Source of the DNA: an uncultured Desulfosarcina sp.
GTDB lineage: Bacteria > Desulfobacterota > Desulfobacteria > Desulfobacterales > Desulfosarcinaceae
Assembly (NCBI GenBank): GCA_963674945.2
Contig: CAXXWQ010000004.1
Location: forward strand, 2,240,001-2,304,000
Length of the DNA stretch: 64,000 nucleotides
Reading direction: 5' to 3'
Part shown: piece by piece, positions 41,989 to 52,504 of the stretch
Layout of the letters: each line of letters opens with the position of its first letter
Numbering within the stretch: the first letter of the stretch is position 1
Notes under the pieces: generated by a model
Databases searched by the model: none
Seen by the model: only the letters and a program-made list of their open reading frames with translations
What the model was told of the DNA's origin: nothing
Made by a program: the position numbers and the translations under genes

Positions 41989-43140
41989 ATGCCCGCATCC
42001 TCATTTTTTCTGGCCACGGCGGATGACCCCGTGGACGAAAGTCATTCGTTGTGGTACCGACCGCTGCCGGGAAATCGCCGGACCCTGTTGGTTTCCGGTG
42101 AAACGGTCCCGGAAGATACCATAACGTACGGGACGTATTTCACATCCGTTCTTCGGTTTTGCGCTCACAACGGGTATGCCCGTGTCCTGGGTGCCGTTGG
42201 CGGCCGATTGAAACAACCGGTGGCCGTCACCGATATCCAACATCTGTCCATTTTTCTGGAAAAACACGGCGCCTTCTATCACCCGGCACGACTTACGGTC
42301 CAAATGGCAAATGGGCTTCATTCATTTGCCGTCAACGTGGCCGCTTCCGAATCCGGCCGGCTTACGCTGCCACGGGAGGTGGAGGTACTGGGTCACCTTG
42401 CCACCCATCGGCCGTTTGGGTGGGTACCGGCGGTGTACGCTGCCGACGTTACCGACCCGCCCATGTTTCTGGCGGACTGGTTAGAAGGATTTCATGAATT
42501 TCATCTCACCAGGAAGGAGGGTGACGGCAGCCTGGCCATCGTGGTCTGGGATGGCGCCGACAAACGACGTCTTCTTTCCGAAACGGAAATCGCATCGCTT
42601 TATCGCGAGATAGCCATGATCCTGACGGCGTTTTATGATCCCGTTACCTCGCGTCGGATCACTTCCTGGCACCATGGGGCCGGTGACTTCGTGGTGCGGC
42701 CAAATGACGAAAGGACCGCGGTTCGGCTGATCACCGCCCGCGATTATACACCGATTTCGGGAACGGGCGCGTCGCTTGACGACGAAAAGGCCGTCTTGGA
42801 TGCCCTGGTGCGTTTTTTCATCCACCTTTCCATTCACATCCGCCTGGACCGTGTAGATGGGATATCCGATCTGGCTTGGGCATCCGATGGCTGCCTCGTA
42901 CACCTCGTTACGGGCTTTTTCCAGGGTCTGGACCTTACCGCCCGCATCAGCGGCTTTCCCGAAAACTTCACCGAGATCTTTCGGAGCTATCTGGGTCGAC
43001 ACGATGGTCCTGCCCTTTTGCAGGCGGCCCGGCAATGGACGGCGGCGGCCTATGATCAACGATCCGAGGAGAGGCGTGTCGTCGACGAAAATCTATCCGA
43101 ACACGTAAGCAACCTGATTGCAGTAATTTCAACCACATAA
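41989..43140 (+). CDS. Hypothetical protein, possibly a degenerate kinase-like fold
   Basis: 383-aa ORF 5 bp after the TPR gene; family assignment is inference only. Confidence 0.7.
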   Translation: MPASSFFLATADDPVDESHSLWYRPLPGNRRTLLVSGETVPEDTITYGTYFTSVLRFCAHNGYARVLGAVGGRLKQPVAVTDIQHLSIFLEKHGAFYHPARLTVQMANGLHSFAVNVAASESGRLTLPREVEVLGHLATHRPFGWVPAVYAADVTDPPMFLADWLEGFHEFHLTRKEGDGSLAIVVWDGADKRRLLSETEIASLYREIAMILTAFYDPVTSRRITSWHHGAGDFVVRPNDERTAVRLITARDYTPISGTGASLDDEKAVLDALVRFFIHLSIHIRLDRVDGISDLAWASDGCLVHLVTGFFQGLDLTARISGFPENFTEIFRSYLGRHDGPALLQAARQWTAAAYDQRSEERRVVDENLSEHVSNLIAVISTT

Positions 43141-43299
43141 CATCCTTTCAGCCTTTTGCGGACAGATGTCGACAGTCTTAAGAATCATAAGTGGCATACT
43201 ACATAAAGACTATTTTTTACCAACATTCACAATATTTTGTGTGGTTGTGCCAGGGCATGTGTTCCCTGCGCTTTAACCGCGCGAAACCATGCTTTTTTA

Positions 43300-43328
43300 T
43301 TGACAAGCCCCATGATTAATTCTATACA
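43300..43328 (+). promoter_or_regulatory. Candidate sigma70 promoter of dsrA
   Basis: TTGACA-17 bp-TATACA. Confidence 0.6.
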
Positions 43329-43483
43329 AGCGGCTTGCAGTTTGATTATGAAAACCACATGATTTCAATCATTACAGAATTCCAAGAAATGTTCGAGAGG
43401 AGGTGACCGCAACACCCCCCGCTGGGGAAGGTTTTATTCTTATTGGCATGACGGTATAATATCAATTCAAATGGAGGTAAAAG

Positions 43484-44797
43484 ATGGCAAAGCATGCAAC
43501 CCCTTTGTTGGACCAGCTTGAGTCCGGGCCATGGCCGAGCTTCGTGTCAGACCTGAAGCAGGAAGCCGCAAGCCGGGCCAAGAATGAAAACAACGTGGAA
43601 TTCCAGGTCGCCCAAGACTGCGTGGAAGACATCCTGGGTGTAGTGGAACTCTCCTACAAGCACGGCCGGACCCACTGGAAACATGGCGGCATCGTGGGTG
43701 TGTTCGGATACGGCGGCGGCGTTATCGGCCGTTACTGCGACCAGCCGGAACAATTCCCCGGCGTGGCCCACTTTCACACCATGCGCATCAACCAGCCCGG
43801 CGGTAAATACTACACCACCGATTTCCTGAAAAAACTCTGTGACCTGTGGGAATTCCGCGGCTCCGGCGTCACCAACATGCACGGCTCCACCGGTGACATC
43901 ATCTTCATCGGAACCTCCACGCCCCAATTGGAAGAGATCTTCTACGAACTGACCCACAAGTTCAATCAGGACCTGGGCGGCTCCGGCTCCAATCTGCGGA
44001 CCCCGTCCGACTGCATCGGCTCTTCCCGCTGCGAATACGCCTGCTACGACACCCAGGCCATCTGCTTCGACCTGACCAATGAATATCAGGACGAGCTGCA
44101 CCGTCCGGCCTTCCCGTACAAATTCAAGTTCAAGTTCGACGGCTGCCCCAACTGCTGCGTGGCCTCCATCGCACGTGCGGACATCTCCTTCGTGGGGACC
44201 TGGAAAGACGACATCAAGATCGACCAGGAAGCCGTTGCCGGCTATGTCGGCGGCGAATTTCCGCCCAACGGCGGCGCCCACAGCGGCCGCGACTGGGGCA
44301 AATTTGACATCCAAAAAGAGGTCATCGACCTGTGCCCCACCAAATGCATGAAATACGAAGGCGGCAAACTCGCCATCAATAACCGTGAGTGCACCCGCTG
44401 CATGCACTGCATCAACGTCATGCCGCGCGCCCTGCACATCGGCGACGACCGTGGCTGCTCCATGCTGGTCGGCGCCAAGGCCCCCATCCTCGACGGCGCC
44501 CAGATGGGATCGTTGCTGGTTCCCTTCATCAAGGTGGAAGAGCCCTACGACGAAATCAAGGAAGTCATCGAAGCCATCTGGGATTGGTGGATGGAAGAGG
44601 GCAAGAACCGCGAGCGTCTCGGTGAGCTGATCAAGCGTCAGGGATTCCAGAAACTGCTTGAAATGACCAACATCAAGCCTGTTCCCCAGCATGTTCAGGA
44701 ACCGCGCCACAACCCCTACATCTTCTGGAAAGAAGACGAGGTTGAAGGCGGCTGGGATCGTGACATCAACGAATTCAGAAAATACCACCAGAGATAG
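43484..44797 (+). CDS. dsrA: Dissimilatory sulfite reductase alpha subunit
   Basis: GPWPSFV, THWKHGGIVGV, C-x5-C...GCPNCC, ferredoxin CTRCMHC. Confidence 0.99.
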   Translation: MAKHATPLLDQLESGPWPSFVSDLKQEAASRAKNENNVEFQVAQDCVEDILGVVELSYKHGRTHWKHGGIVGVFGYGGGVIGRYCDQPEQFPGVAHFHTMRINQPGGKYYTTDFLKKLCDLWEFRGSGVTNMHGSTGDIIFIGTSTPQLEEIFYELTHKFNQDLGGSGSNLRTPSDCIGSSRCEYACYDTQAICFDLTNEYQDELHRPAFPYKFKFKFDGCPNCCVASIARADISFVGTWKDDIKIDQEAVAGYVGGEFPPNGGAHSGRDWGKFDIQKEVIDLCPTKCMKYEGGKLAINNRECTRCMHCINVMPRALHIGDDRGCSMLVGAKAPILDGAQMGSLLVPFIKVEEPYDEIKEVIEAIWDWWMEEGKNRERLGELIKRQGFQKLLEMTNIKPVPQHVQEPRHNPYIFWKEDEVEGGWDRDINEFRKYHQR

Positions 44798-44812
44798 AGG
44801 GGAGGAATCACA

Positions 44813-45958
44813 ATGGCATTTATTTCTTCAGGATACAATCCCGACAAACCGATGGAAGACCGGATTACCGACATCGGCCCGCAAAAATATGATCAGTTTT
44901 ATCCGCCGGTCATCGCCAAGAACAAGGGCAAATGGCTGTATCACGAAATCATCAAGCCCGGCGTGCTGGTCCATGTGGCCGAAAGCGGCGACGAGGTCTA
45001 CACCATACGTTGCGGCGGCGCCCGTCTGATGACCGTGACCCATATCCGCGAGATCTGCGAAATCGCCGACAAACACTGCGACGGCCACGTTCGTTGGACC
45101 ACCCGGAACAACATCGAGTTCATGGTTGACGACAAGTCCAAGGTCGATCCGCTGGTCAAGGATCTGGAAAGCCGCAAGTTCGACGGCGGCAGCTTCAAGT
45201 TCCCCATTGGCGGGACCGGCGCCGGCGTCACCAACATCATCCACACCCAGGGATGGATCCACTGCCACACCCCGGCCACCGACGCCTCCGGCCCGGTCAA
45301 GGCCACCATGGACGTTCTCTTCGAGGACTTTCAGAATCACCGCCTGCCGGCCCAGTTGCGCGTCTCTCTGGCCTGCTGCCTGAACATGTGCGGCGCCGTA
45401 CACTGCTCCGATATCGCCATCCTCGGCTACCACAGAAAGCCGCCGATCCTGGATCACGAATACCTGGACAAGATGTGCGAAATTCCGCTGGCCATCGCCG
45501 CCTGCCCCACCGCAGCGATCAAACCGGCAAAGGTGAAAGTGGGCGACAAGGAACTCAAGTCCGTGGCCGTCAACAACGAACGCTGCATGTTCTGCGGTAA
45601 CTGCTACACCATGTGCCCCTCCATGCCCCTGGCCGACAGTGAAGGCGACGGTATCGTCCTCATGGTGGGCGGCAAGGTCTCCAACCGTATCAGCACGCCC
45701 AAGTTCTCCAAGGTCGTCGTGGCCTTCCTGCCCAATGAAATGCCCCGCTGGCAGTCCACCACCGCCTGTATCAAGAAGATCGTCGAAGCCTACAGCGCCG
45801 GCGCCAACAAATACGAGCGTCTGGGAGACTGGGCCGAGAGAATCGGCTGGGAACGGTTCTTCGAAAAATGCGAACTTGAATTCACCCATCATCTCATCGA
45901 TGATTTCCGTGATCCCGCCTACTACACCTGGCGTCAGACCACGCAGTTCAAGTTTTAA
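44813..45958 (+). CDS. dsrB: Dissimilatory sulfite reductase beta subunit
   Basis: [37 protein letters not shown]. Confidence 0.99.
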   Translation: MAFISSGYNPDKPMEDRITDIGPQKYDQFYPPVIAKNKGKWLYHEIIKPGVLVHVAESGDEVYTIRCGGARLMTVTHIREICEIADKHCDGHVRWTTRNNIEFMVDDKSKVDPLVKDLESRKFDGGSFKFPIGGTGAGVTNIIHTQGWIHCHTPATDASGPVKATMDVLFEDFQNHRLPAQLRVSLACCLNMCGAVHCSDIAILGYHRKPPILDHEYLDKMCEIPLAIAACPTAAIKPAKVKVGDKELKSVAVNNERCMFCGNCYTMCPSMPLADSEGDGIVLMVGGKVSNRISTPKFSKVVVAFLPNEMPRWQSTTACIKKIVEAYSAGANKYERLGDWAERIGWERFFEKCELEFTHHLIDDFRDPAYYTWRQTTQFKF

Positions 45959-46032
45959 TTTTCTCCGTATGAGTGAATCTGTGCAGGGGGAGGCCACGCG
46001 CCCCCCCTGCCTACTTTAGAAAAGAGGGAACC

Positions 46033-46272
46033 ATGGAATACGAAGAGGCAAAAAAGCTGATCGTCGACAGCCTGACCAAGAAACTCAAGACCAAGAGCAA
46101 ATTCTACTTTAATGACCTGTCCAAGATTCTCGACATGAAACCACGAGAGGCGAAAAAGATCGTCAATAAACTCGTTCAGGAAAATGTCCTCGAGTACTGG
46201 TCTTCGGGCAGCACCTCCATGTACGGTCTACCCGGTACCGGTAAACAAGCCAGCGCAGAACACGAAGATTAA
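46033..46272 (+). CDS. dsrD: DsrD
   Basis: KSKFYFND, YWSSGSTSMYGL. Confidence 0.96.
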   Translation: MEYEEAKKLIVDSLTKKLKTKSKFYFNDLSKILDMKPREAKKIVNKLVQENVLEYWSSGSTSMYGLPGTGKQASAEHED

Positions 46273-46317
46273 TCTGTTCCGCGACGAAGCGCCTCACCAT
46301 CAGCACATTTCGCCGCC

Positions 46318-47757
46318 ATGCACACGCTTTTGAAACAGGCTCCACATTCAACGTGCCGCGGCACACCGGGCTTTGTCGTCGCCGCCCTTCGGGGGGGATC
46401 GGGAAAGACCATCTTTTCCGTCGGCATCATCGCCGCGTTGCGGAGCCTGGGCAGATCCATCGCGCCTTTTAAGAAAGGTCCGGATTATATCGATGCCGGC
46501 TGGCTTGCATTGGCGGCTGGCCGGCCCTGCTACAACCTGGACACCTTCCTCATCGAGCGGGATACGATTCTTGCATCCTACGCTTCCCACACGCAAGACA
46601 TCGACTTTACTGTTATCGAAGGCAATCGCGGCCTGTACGACTGTATCGATACCAGGGGCGAAACCAGTACCGCCGAGCTTGCCAAGCTACTGGGGCTGCC
46701 GGTCATTTTGTGCATCGACGCCACCAAGACTACCCGGACCATGGCCGCTGTCGTTGGTGGTATCACCGCCTTCGATCCGGATGTACACATCGGTGGCGTG
46801 ATATTGAACCGTGTTGCCGGTCAACGTCACCAGTCGATCCTCACCCGAAGCATTGAAGAATATACGGGCGTCCCCATTCTTGGCGCCGTTCCCAAACTCA
46901 GGAAGCAGCGGTTTCCCGAGCGCCACATGGGGCTGGTGCCGACCCCGGAGCATAGCTGGGCACAACCGGCCGTCGAGGCCATTCGATCAGTGGCCCAAGA
47001 TCACCTCGATATCGACAGAATCCTGGAAATCGCAGATACGGCTGCACCGCTTTCACCTGTCAAAGCCTCCCCGGCACCCCCGAAACCAAAAGCACATGGA
47101 CGACCAACCATCGGTATCTTGAAGGACGCGGCATTTCAGTTCTACTACCCGGAAAATCTGGAGGCATTGGAGGCAGCCGGAGCCCGGCTGGTCTTTGCCA
47201 GTCCCCTGGCCGATGCCCATCTTCCTGCCGTGGATGCAATCTACATCGGCGGCGGCTTTCCGGAGACCAACGCCCGACAGTTGGAAGCCAACGAAAGCTT
47301 TCGCAGGGAACTGAAAAAACGATCGGAAACGGGTCTTCCCATCTACGCCGAATGCGGTGGGCTCATGTATCTGGGAGAAGAACTGCACCTGGAAGACGGG
47401 AACTACCAGATGACCGGCGTGTTACCGGCCATCTTCGGTTTTTCCAAACGGCCCCAGGGCCATGGGTATACCATCGTTCGGGTAGAATCGGAGAATCCCT
47501 ATTTTCCCGTGGGAACAAAGCTGCTTGGACATGAATTTCACTACTCCAGCGTGAAAGCGTGGAAAGGACGAGAAGAAGACCTGGCCTTTACCATGCAGCG
47601 GGGTGCCGGATTTCTCAATGGCAAGGACGGCGTCTGCGTCAATAATGTTCTTGCCACCTATACCCACATCCACGCATTGGGAACGCCGCTTTGGGCGGCG
47701 GCCTTGGTGCGGGCGGCCCTGCAATTCAACCAACGCACAATGAAACCGCAATCGTGA
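46318..47757 (+). CDS. dsrN: Siroheme amidase (cobyrinate a,c-diamide synthase homologue)
   Basis: GSGKT, FKKGPDYID, ERHMGL, AFQFYY, YAECGG, HEFHYS; follows dsrD. Confidence 0.9.
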   Translation: MHTLLKQAPHSTCRGTPGFVVAALRGGSGKTIFSVGIIAALRSLGRSIAPFKKGPDYIDAGWLALAAGRPCYNLDTFLIERDTILASYASHTQDIDFTVIEGNRGLYDCIDTRGETSTAELAKLLGLPVILCIDATKTTRTMAAVVGGITAFDPDVHIGGVILNRVAGQRHQSILTRSIEEYTGVPILGAVPKLRKQRFPERHMGLVPTPEHSWAQPAVEAIRSVAQDHLDIDRILEIADTAAPLSPVKASPAPPKPKAHGRPTIGILKDAAFQFYYPENLEALEAAGARLVFASPLADAHLPAVDAIYIGGGFPETNARQLEANESFRRELKKRSETGLPIYAECGGLMYLGEELHLEDGNYQMTGVLPAIFGFSKRPQGHGYTIVRVESENPYFPVGTKLLGHEFHYSSVKAWKGREEDLAFTMQRGAGFLNGKDGVCVNNVLATYTHIHALGTPLWAAALVRAALQFNQRTMKPQS

Positions 47758-47790
47758 TGATCCCATAAAAAGTCGCTGTTTGGACGGAAT
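47755..47790 (+). repeat. Truncated outer end of a family A element
   Basis: TGATGATCCCATAAAAAGTCGCTGTTTGGACGGA matches 29410-29443. Confidence 0.65.
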
Positions 47791-47811
47791 CATAATTCTC
47801 GTTTCTTTTCC

Positions 47812-48117
47812 TTATCCCGTTATGCAAACCCACTCGCCGGACGGAAGCTGGATTTGTACGCATTCCGGATTTCGCCAGGCACGAATGACGGTTGCGGTTT
47901 TGATTTCTATATAGTCTTTGTCTTCCACCAGTTTTTTTGCAGCTTCAATGGCAATGGGCCCTTCACCGGTTACGCCCAAGGAACCTCCCGCACCGGGTCC
48001 CACCATGGCGGGTTCGGCGGAACCTTTCTTGTAGGCGACCAACATCATCACCTCTTCTCCCATCTCTTTCACCTGATATAGGAACTCTTCACTTGTCTTC
48101 GCAACTTTTACGACCAT
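47812..48117 (-). CDS. Small protein (101 aa) with C-terminal NPEC-x11-C motif
   Basis: AAAGGGGA RBS before ATG 48117; about 60 bp downstream of the barrel gene on the same strand. Confidence 0.75.
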   Translation of the reverse strand: MVVKVAKTSEEFLYQVKEMGEEVMMLVAYKKGSAEPAMVGPGAGGSLGVTGEGPIAIEAAKKLVEDKDYIEIKTATVIRAWRNPECVQIQLPSGEWVCITG

Positions 48118-48176
48118 GGTATTCCCCTTTCTGTGATGGTGTGAATGGAATCTCGCTTTATCCCAATTACCAACGA

Positions 48177-51100
48177 TCAAAAAGCAAGGGTAATCTTCGA
48201 CAAGAAAGAACGTTCGGGAATGATTTCCGGATTATCAGGGTTCGTATCCTGAAAATGAAATCCTTCGTCCAGCAGATTCTTGCACTCGAGACTGATAATC
48301 CCCAATCGTTTCGGCAATCGATAACCGATGGTGGTGTCCACCACCCAGAAACGGTCGCTGTCATGGACCGTCGGCGCCTCCCACGGATTGCCGAAATCGC
48401 CGCTTTGATCCACATAGGAGGTCGTAAAACGAATAAATAGGCCGATGGGGTGAAACAGATTCAGGCCGATGGGAATCTTATGGGTAGTGAGGGTGGTAAA
48501 CTGCTCCGGACCAACATATTGAGGTGCCCTTTCGAAGAGGGAATAGCCATAGGCCACGCTGGTGGAGACCCAATGGTGGGGCGTCCAGAAAAGGTAACCC
48601 CGGCCGGACGTTTCGTCCCAGTCAGTCTCAAAAAGAGACTGTTTATAATTGGAGCTCACCGTCAGGTCGCGCTCGATGTACTCGATTCCTGCGAACAGGT
48701 TGTGGCCAAATTCCTGGTCCACCGCACCTCCGTAGTGCCACGCCTCGGTGCGGTTGCCGTCGTCGTAAAACTGGCTGAATCCGGCTACCTGGGTGGGTTC
48801 CAGGGTCTGACCGGCGATGAGATCCCGATTAAAGGTACGAAAGGCCGCCGCACGCACGGTGGTCCCGCCGGCGATGCGCCAGGTGACACCGAATTTCGGG
48901 TTGAACTGCTCCTCTTTGGTAAGGGTGGAATCGTACAGATCCATACTTGCCCCCACGGTCCACGTCATCTGCACCGGCAGATGGATCATGGCGTAGAGGT
49001 ACGGATTGGTGTGGTCCAACTTCGTTTTTCTTGCACTATCGGAAGGGGCAAAAGAACCGTCGTAATCAGTCGTTTGGTCCTTACCCGAATGGAAAAAGCC
49101 GATACCATCGATCAGATGGAACCATGGGGACCGAAATAGATGCTGGAGTTCGGCCATCATCCCGTCCAGTTCCTCCTCAACTGTATAGCTGAATCCGTAC
49201 TGGGGTAAATTGTCACCCACCTTTCCGTCCAATTGGCTGAAAATTACTGTTCCGAGTATGTGGTTCTTTTGGTTGGGTGCCCAATGTCCGCCGATCCGAA
49301 AAGATCGGCGATCCGACACAAATCGGTAACTTTCATAATAATCGTCCGGATCGAATCGCAGGAAAAGGTCGCCTTGCTTTACGTTCCATTGACGAACTTC
49401 GGCCATGAGGGAAGCCCCGGGCGTGAGGCTGACCTGGGCGAAACCATTGTAGAGGTTTGTCCACCGATCGTTATTTTCCCGATACCCATCGGATTCGTAG
49501 TGGAACTGCCCGATGCTGTAAGAGAAGCGGTTCCAGATACCGGAATGTACCAGCTCGTCTCCCCAGGTGCCCTGGGTGCCCGCCACGCCGCTGGTCTGCA
49601 GATCCAATCGGTTGCGCAAAAAGAGCGGGCTGAATTCGTTGAACGCCTGTGCCGACGGTTCCGTGCCCTCCAGGATATAGTTGCCGGTCTCTGCCAGGCT
49701 GGGCTGGATCGGTGTGACATTCAACGGTTGAAGGAGCTGGCTTTGGAGCAGCTCACTGACCCGGGCGATTTCATGGCGGGGAAGTACCGAGTAGTTGTCT
49801 GCCAGGAAGCGATGGGCCGAATAGTTGGTGGGATCGAGATTTACCGAGTTCCAACCCTGCACCAGGGCCAGTTGCTGAAAGCCCAGATCCCGATAGATGC
49901 GGCCGATACCGGCACTGCGAGCGGCCAGATCCTGGTCCAGCAAAAGCCGGGAGCGATACACGGCCCGATTGTCGTTCAATGCCATTGAGGTCTTAAGGTC
50001 GCGTAAGGCTTCCACCGGACGATTCAGAGACTGTTTGCGCAGGGCGTCGTAATACCAGGGAGTGGGATCCGCAGGGTCCAGCTCTTTGGCCATGGCGAGT
50101 TGCACCCGCGCCGGTTCATCTCTTTTCTCCTCGAAATAGGCCTTTCCCAGATAGCTTCGGATCAGGGAACTGGCCGGGTCCAGGGCCGCTGCGATCTCGA
50201 TCTCCTTGCGTCCCTGGTCCAGTTGACCGTCCCGGATAATCGCAAGACCAAGGCCGAGTCTCGCCATGGGTGCGGCCGAATCCAGGGTGATCGCCCGGGA
50301 AAATGCCGATTTGGCTTGGGCGGTATTCATCTGGGCGAGTTTGGAAAATCCCAGAATGATCTGGGTCTGGGCCAGCATCGGCCGAATCTGTACCGCACGC
50401 TCTCCCGCATCCAGTGCCTTTGCCCGCTCCCCCACCGACAGATAGAGTTCGGACAATCGGGCCCACGCCAGTGCATTGTTGGGTTCCTTTCGGACGGCCT
50501 CCCGGGCACTGGCCAGTGCGCCATCCAAGTTGAAAAAGGCCTGCTGTACATAGGTATTTGCCAGATCGACGGTGGCACCCCCCATCCGGGAACCTGCCAT
50601 GGCTTGGGCAACCAGCTCATCGGCCTTTTCCTTCTCGTTTTGAACCATCGCGATCAGTGCCAGAAGGGCCGTTGCATCGGCTTTTTCATTGCCGACGGAT
50701 TGCAGTGGCTGTAAGTCGATCATGGCGTCGTCCACCCTGCCGACGGACAGCAGCAGCACCGACCGGTAGAGCCGGTACCGTGGATCATCGATTTGTTGGG
50801 AGATGTTGGAGAGGCTCTCCATGGCTTGTCGCAGATCGCCCTCTCGCCAATGGGCGACCGATTGCCGGGCGATCTCACACCAGCTTTCATCACAGGAAAA
50901 ATCTTCCGGTGTAAAATCGATGATGGTTGGATAGTATAAGGTCCATTGAACCGCATCACATGGACGAATCACGGATACGGGCGTCGGTGGTTGTCCGGAC
51001 TTTGCGACCACGCTCTGGTTTTTCGAGAGCCGGACGGTTCCATTGGCATTGGACACATTCAATTTGCCTTCGAAGAGGGAAAAGGCGGTCTGATCGGCAT

Positions 51101-51587
51101 CCACGCGTGCAAAAAATTCGGTACCCTCCACCGCACCGTTTACGAAGGGTGTAATCAGGCGAAGACTCCTGTTCATCCGGCTGAAGAAGTGAACGGCACC
51201 GTCGATCAGTTGGATTACGAAGGGCTTTTTGCGGTCTGCCTCTTTGAAGATGAGCGTGGTATGCTGGTCGACCCGTAGCGTGCTCTCATTGCGTAAAACG
51301 AATGCCGCACGGCTTTTCGCCTCCAGCTGGATCATGTCTCCTTCGATAAAACGGTCTTCCAGACGGATCGGCTGCCATTCACCGGATCCCTTGCGCCGCA
51401 CGTGTGCCCGGCCTTGGAGGGAAACCACCTTGGCCACCCAAAGCTTTTCCAATGCTGTTTCGGCAAATGAAATTTCGGGTGAGATTGCCAAAACGCACAA
51501 CGACCAAAGTACCAGCAGGCATCGCACGCCGTATCGAACCGCAACACGATGTTGTCCATGAATCGATCTGTCCATAACACCAAACAC
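48177..51587 (-). CDS. Outer-membrane FecR-domain / TPR / beta-barrel protein (TonB-receptor-like)
   Basis: Signal peptide, FecR-like TPFVNGAVEGTEF, TPR helices, amphipathic beta strands, terminal Phe. Confidence 0.85.
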   Translation of the reverse strand: MFGVMDRSIHGQHRVAVRYGVRCLLVLWSLCVLAISPEISFAETALEKLWVAKVVSLQGRAHVRRKGSGEWQPIRLEDRFIEGDMIQLEAKSRAAFVLRNESTLRVDQHTTLIFKEADRKKPFVIQLIDGAVHFFSRMNRSLRLITPFVNGAVEGTEFFARVDADQTAFSLFEGKLNVSNANGTVRLSKNQSVVAKSGQPPTPVSVIRPCDAVQWTLYYPTIIDFTPEDFSCDESWCEIARQSVAHWREGDLRQAMESLSNISQQIDDPRYRLYRSVLLLSVGRVDDAMIDLQPLQSVGNEKADATALLALIAMVQNEKEKADELVAQAMAGSRMGGATVDLANTYVQQAFFNLDGALASAREAVRKEPNNALAWARLSELYLSVGERAKALDAGERAVQIRPMLAQTQIILGFSKLAQMNTAQAKSAFSRAITLDSAAPMARLGLGLAIIRDGQLDQGRKEIEIAAALDPASSLIRSYLGKAYFEEKRDEPARVQLAMAKELDPADPTPWYYDALRKQSLNRPVEALRDLKTSMALNDNRAVYRSRLLLDQDLAARSAGIGRIYRDLGFQQLALVQGWNSVNLDPTNYSAHRFLADNYSVLPRHEIARVSELLQSQLLQPLNVTPIQPSLAETGNYILEGTEPSAQAFNEFSPLFLRNRLDLQTSGVAGTQGTWGDELVHSGIWNRFSYSIGQFHYESDGYRENNDRWTNLYNGFAQVSLTPGASLMAEVRQWNVKQGDLFLRFDPDDYYESYRFVSDRRSFRIGGHWAPNQKNHILGTVIFSQLDGKVGDNLPQYGFSYTVEEELDGMMAELQHLFRSPWFHLIDGIGFFHSGKDQTTDYDGSFAPSDSARKTKLDHTNPYLYAMIHLPVQMTWTVGASMDLYDSTLTKEEQFNPKFGVTWRIAGGTTVRAAAFRTFNRDLIAGQTLEPTQVAGFSQFYDDGNRTEAWHYGGAVDQEFGHNLFAGIEYIERDLTVSSNYKQSLFETDWDETSGRGYLFWTPHHWVSTSVAYGYSLFERAPQYVGPEQFTTLTTHKIPIGLNLFHPIGLFIRFTTSYVDQSGDFGNPWEAPTVHDSDRFWVVDTTIGYRLPKRLGIISLECKNLLDEGFHFQDTNPDNPEIIPERSFLSKITLAF

Positions 51588-51747
51588 CCCGTTTCCGCTT
51601 CAGTTTCCGTTTCCGTTTAGATTCAGTAATTTCAGATTCAGCTCGCGTTTTCAGTGTATTTAACACTCCTCCCCTTTGTGCAATGTATACAGAAATGCGT
51701 ATTGTTACTATCTGTAGAATCGAAATTGCCAATTTTCAAGGAAAAAG

Positions 51748-51787
51748 AAAGGGGGATGCCGCAATAATGCGGTCATCCCCCTTTTCT
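51748..51787 (-). terminator. Intrinsic terminator after cytochrome c3
   Basis: AAAGGGGGATG-CCGCA...TGCGG-CATCCCCCTTT hairpin with A/T runs on both sides. Confidence 0.7.
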
Positions 51788-51807
51788 GGAAGAAATTTAT
51801 CGGATCG

Positions 51808-52287
51808 CTATTTTTCCTTTGGATGGCAATCGGAACAGGTTTGGGGCGCATCCTTGGTCTTGTTTTTCTTGTTATAGTCCCGATGGCAGGTAATGCAGTT
51901 TTCATGAATCGCCTCGGCGTGATACTCCATCTCTACGGCGGCGATCTCTTTTTTAGAGGCCTTTTTCTCCCGCAACTCTTTTTTGAGATCGCCTGGCATT
52001 TTACCCGGTTTCTTATGGCATTCGATGCACCCTTTTACATCGTCCCCCATTTTCAAGTTGGCCAGGGGTTTTCCCTTGTCGTCGTGGTGGCATTCACCGC
52101 AGCCGATCTTATAGTCCACATTGTGCTTCTTGTGGCTAAACGTAACGATGGCCTTGGTGTGTTTCTTGTACGCCTTGTTTTCCATGTGAAAGACATCGTC
52201 GACCGTCTTGCCTGCGTAAATGGATCCTGCGGTAAACAAGAATGCCACGCTAACAGCCATTAGCAGAATTGTGCTTCTTTTTCCCAT
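51808..52287 (-). CDS. Tetraheme cytochrome c3 (class III)
   Basis: Signal peptide; FSHKKH; CGECHH, CIECH, CITCH, CSDCH. Confidence 0.95.
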   Translation of the reverse strand: MGKRSTILLMAVSVAFLFTAGSIYAGKTVDDVFHMENKAYKKHTKAIVTFSHKKHNVDYKIGCGECHHDDKGKPLANLKMGDDVKGCIECHKKPGKMPGDLKKELREKKASKKEIAAVEMEYHAEAIHENCITCHRDYNKKNKTKDAPQTCSDCHPKEK

Positions 52288-52320
52288 GGGTACTCCTCTC
52301 TTCTCACAAAATTAGTTGTG

Positions 52321-52391
52321 TTCAAACCGTGTGCTTTGCACCCGGTGACAACCCGAACGATAAAAGCACTGGCGTGCTTTTCGAAGGCCGG
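52321..52391. repeat. 70-bp dispersed motif, copy 2 (leader of cytochrome c3)
   Basis: Matches 33888-33956. Confidence 0.75.
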
Positions 52392-52504
52392 ATATCCAAG
52401 CCATCCGCTTTGCGGCTGGTCGTTGACTGGTAAAAATCCCAAATTACTTATACCGAAAATGTCTATCAAGCCCAGGGACACCTGTCAATGGCGATTGACA
52501 GATA

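Noticed and set aside
43200..43480. Rex operator upstream of dsrA
   Set aside because: No convincing TTGTGAA-N4-TTCACAA-like palindrome seen by eye.
43547..45997. Long antisense ORFs opposite dsrA and dsrB, and similar ones opposite ctpA, glpA, dapA, ychF and tatC
   Set aside because: Shadow frames produced by GC3-biased codon usage of recognised genes; no motifs of their own.
52320..52350. c-di-GMP-I riboswitch-like GGGTGCAAAGC upstream of cytochrome c3
   Set aside because: The upstream GGCAAA/GNRA stem and second hairpin are not evident, and the segment belongs to the dispersed 70-bp motif.
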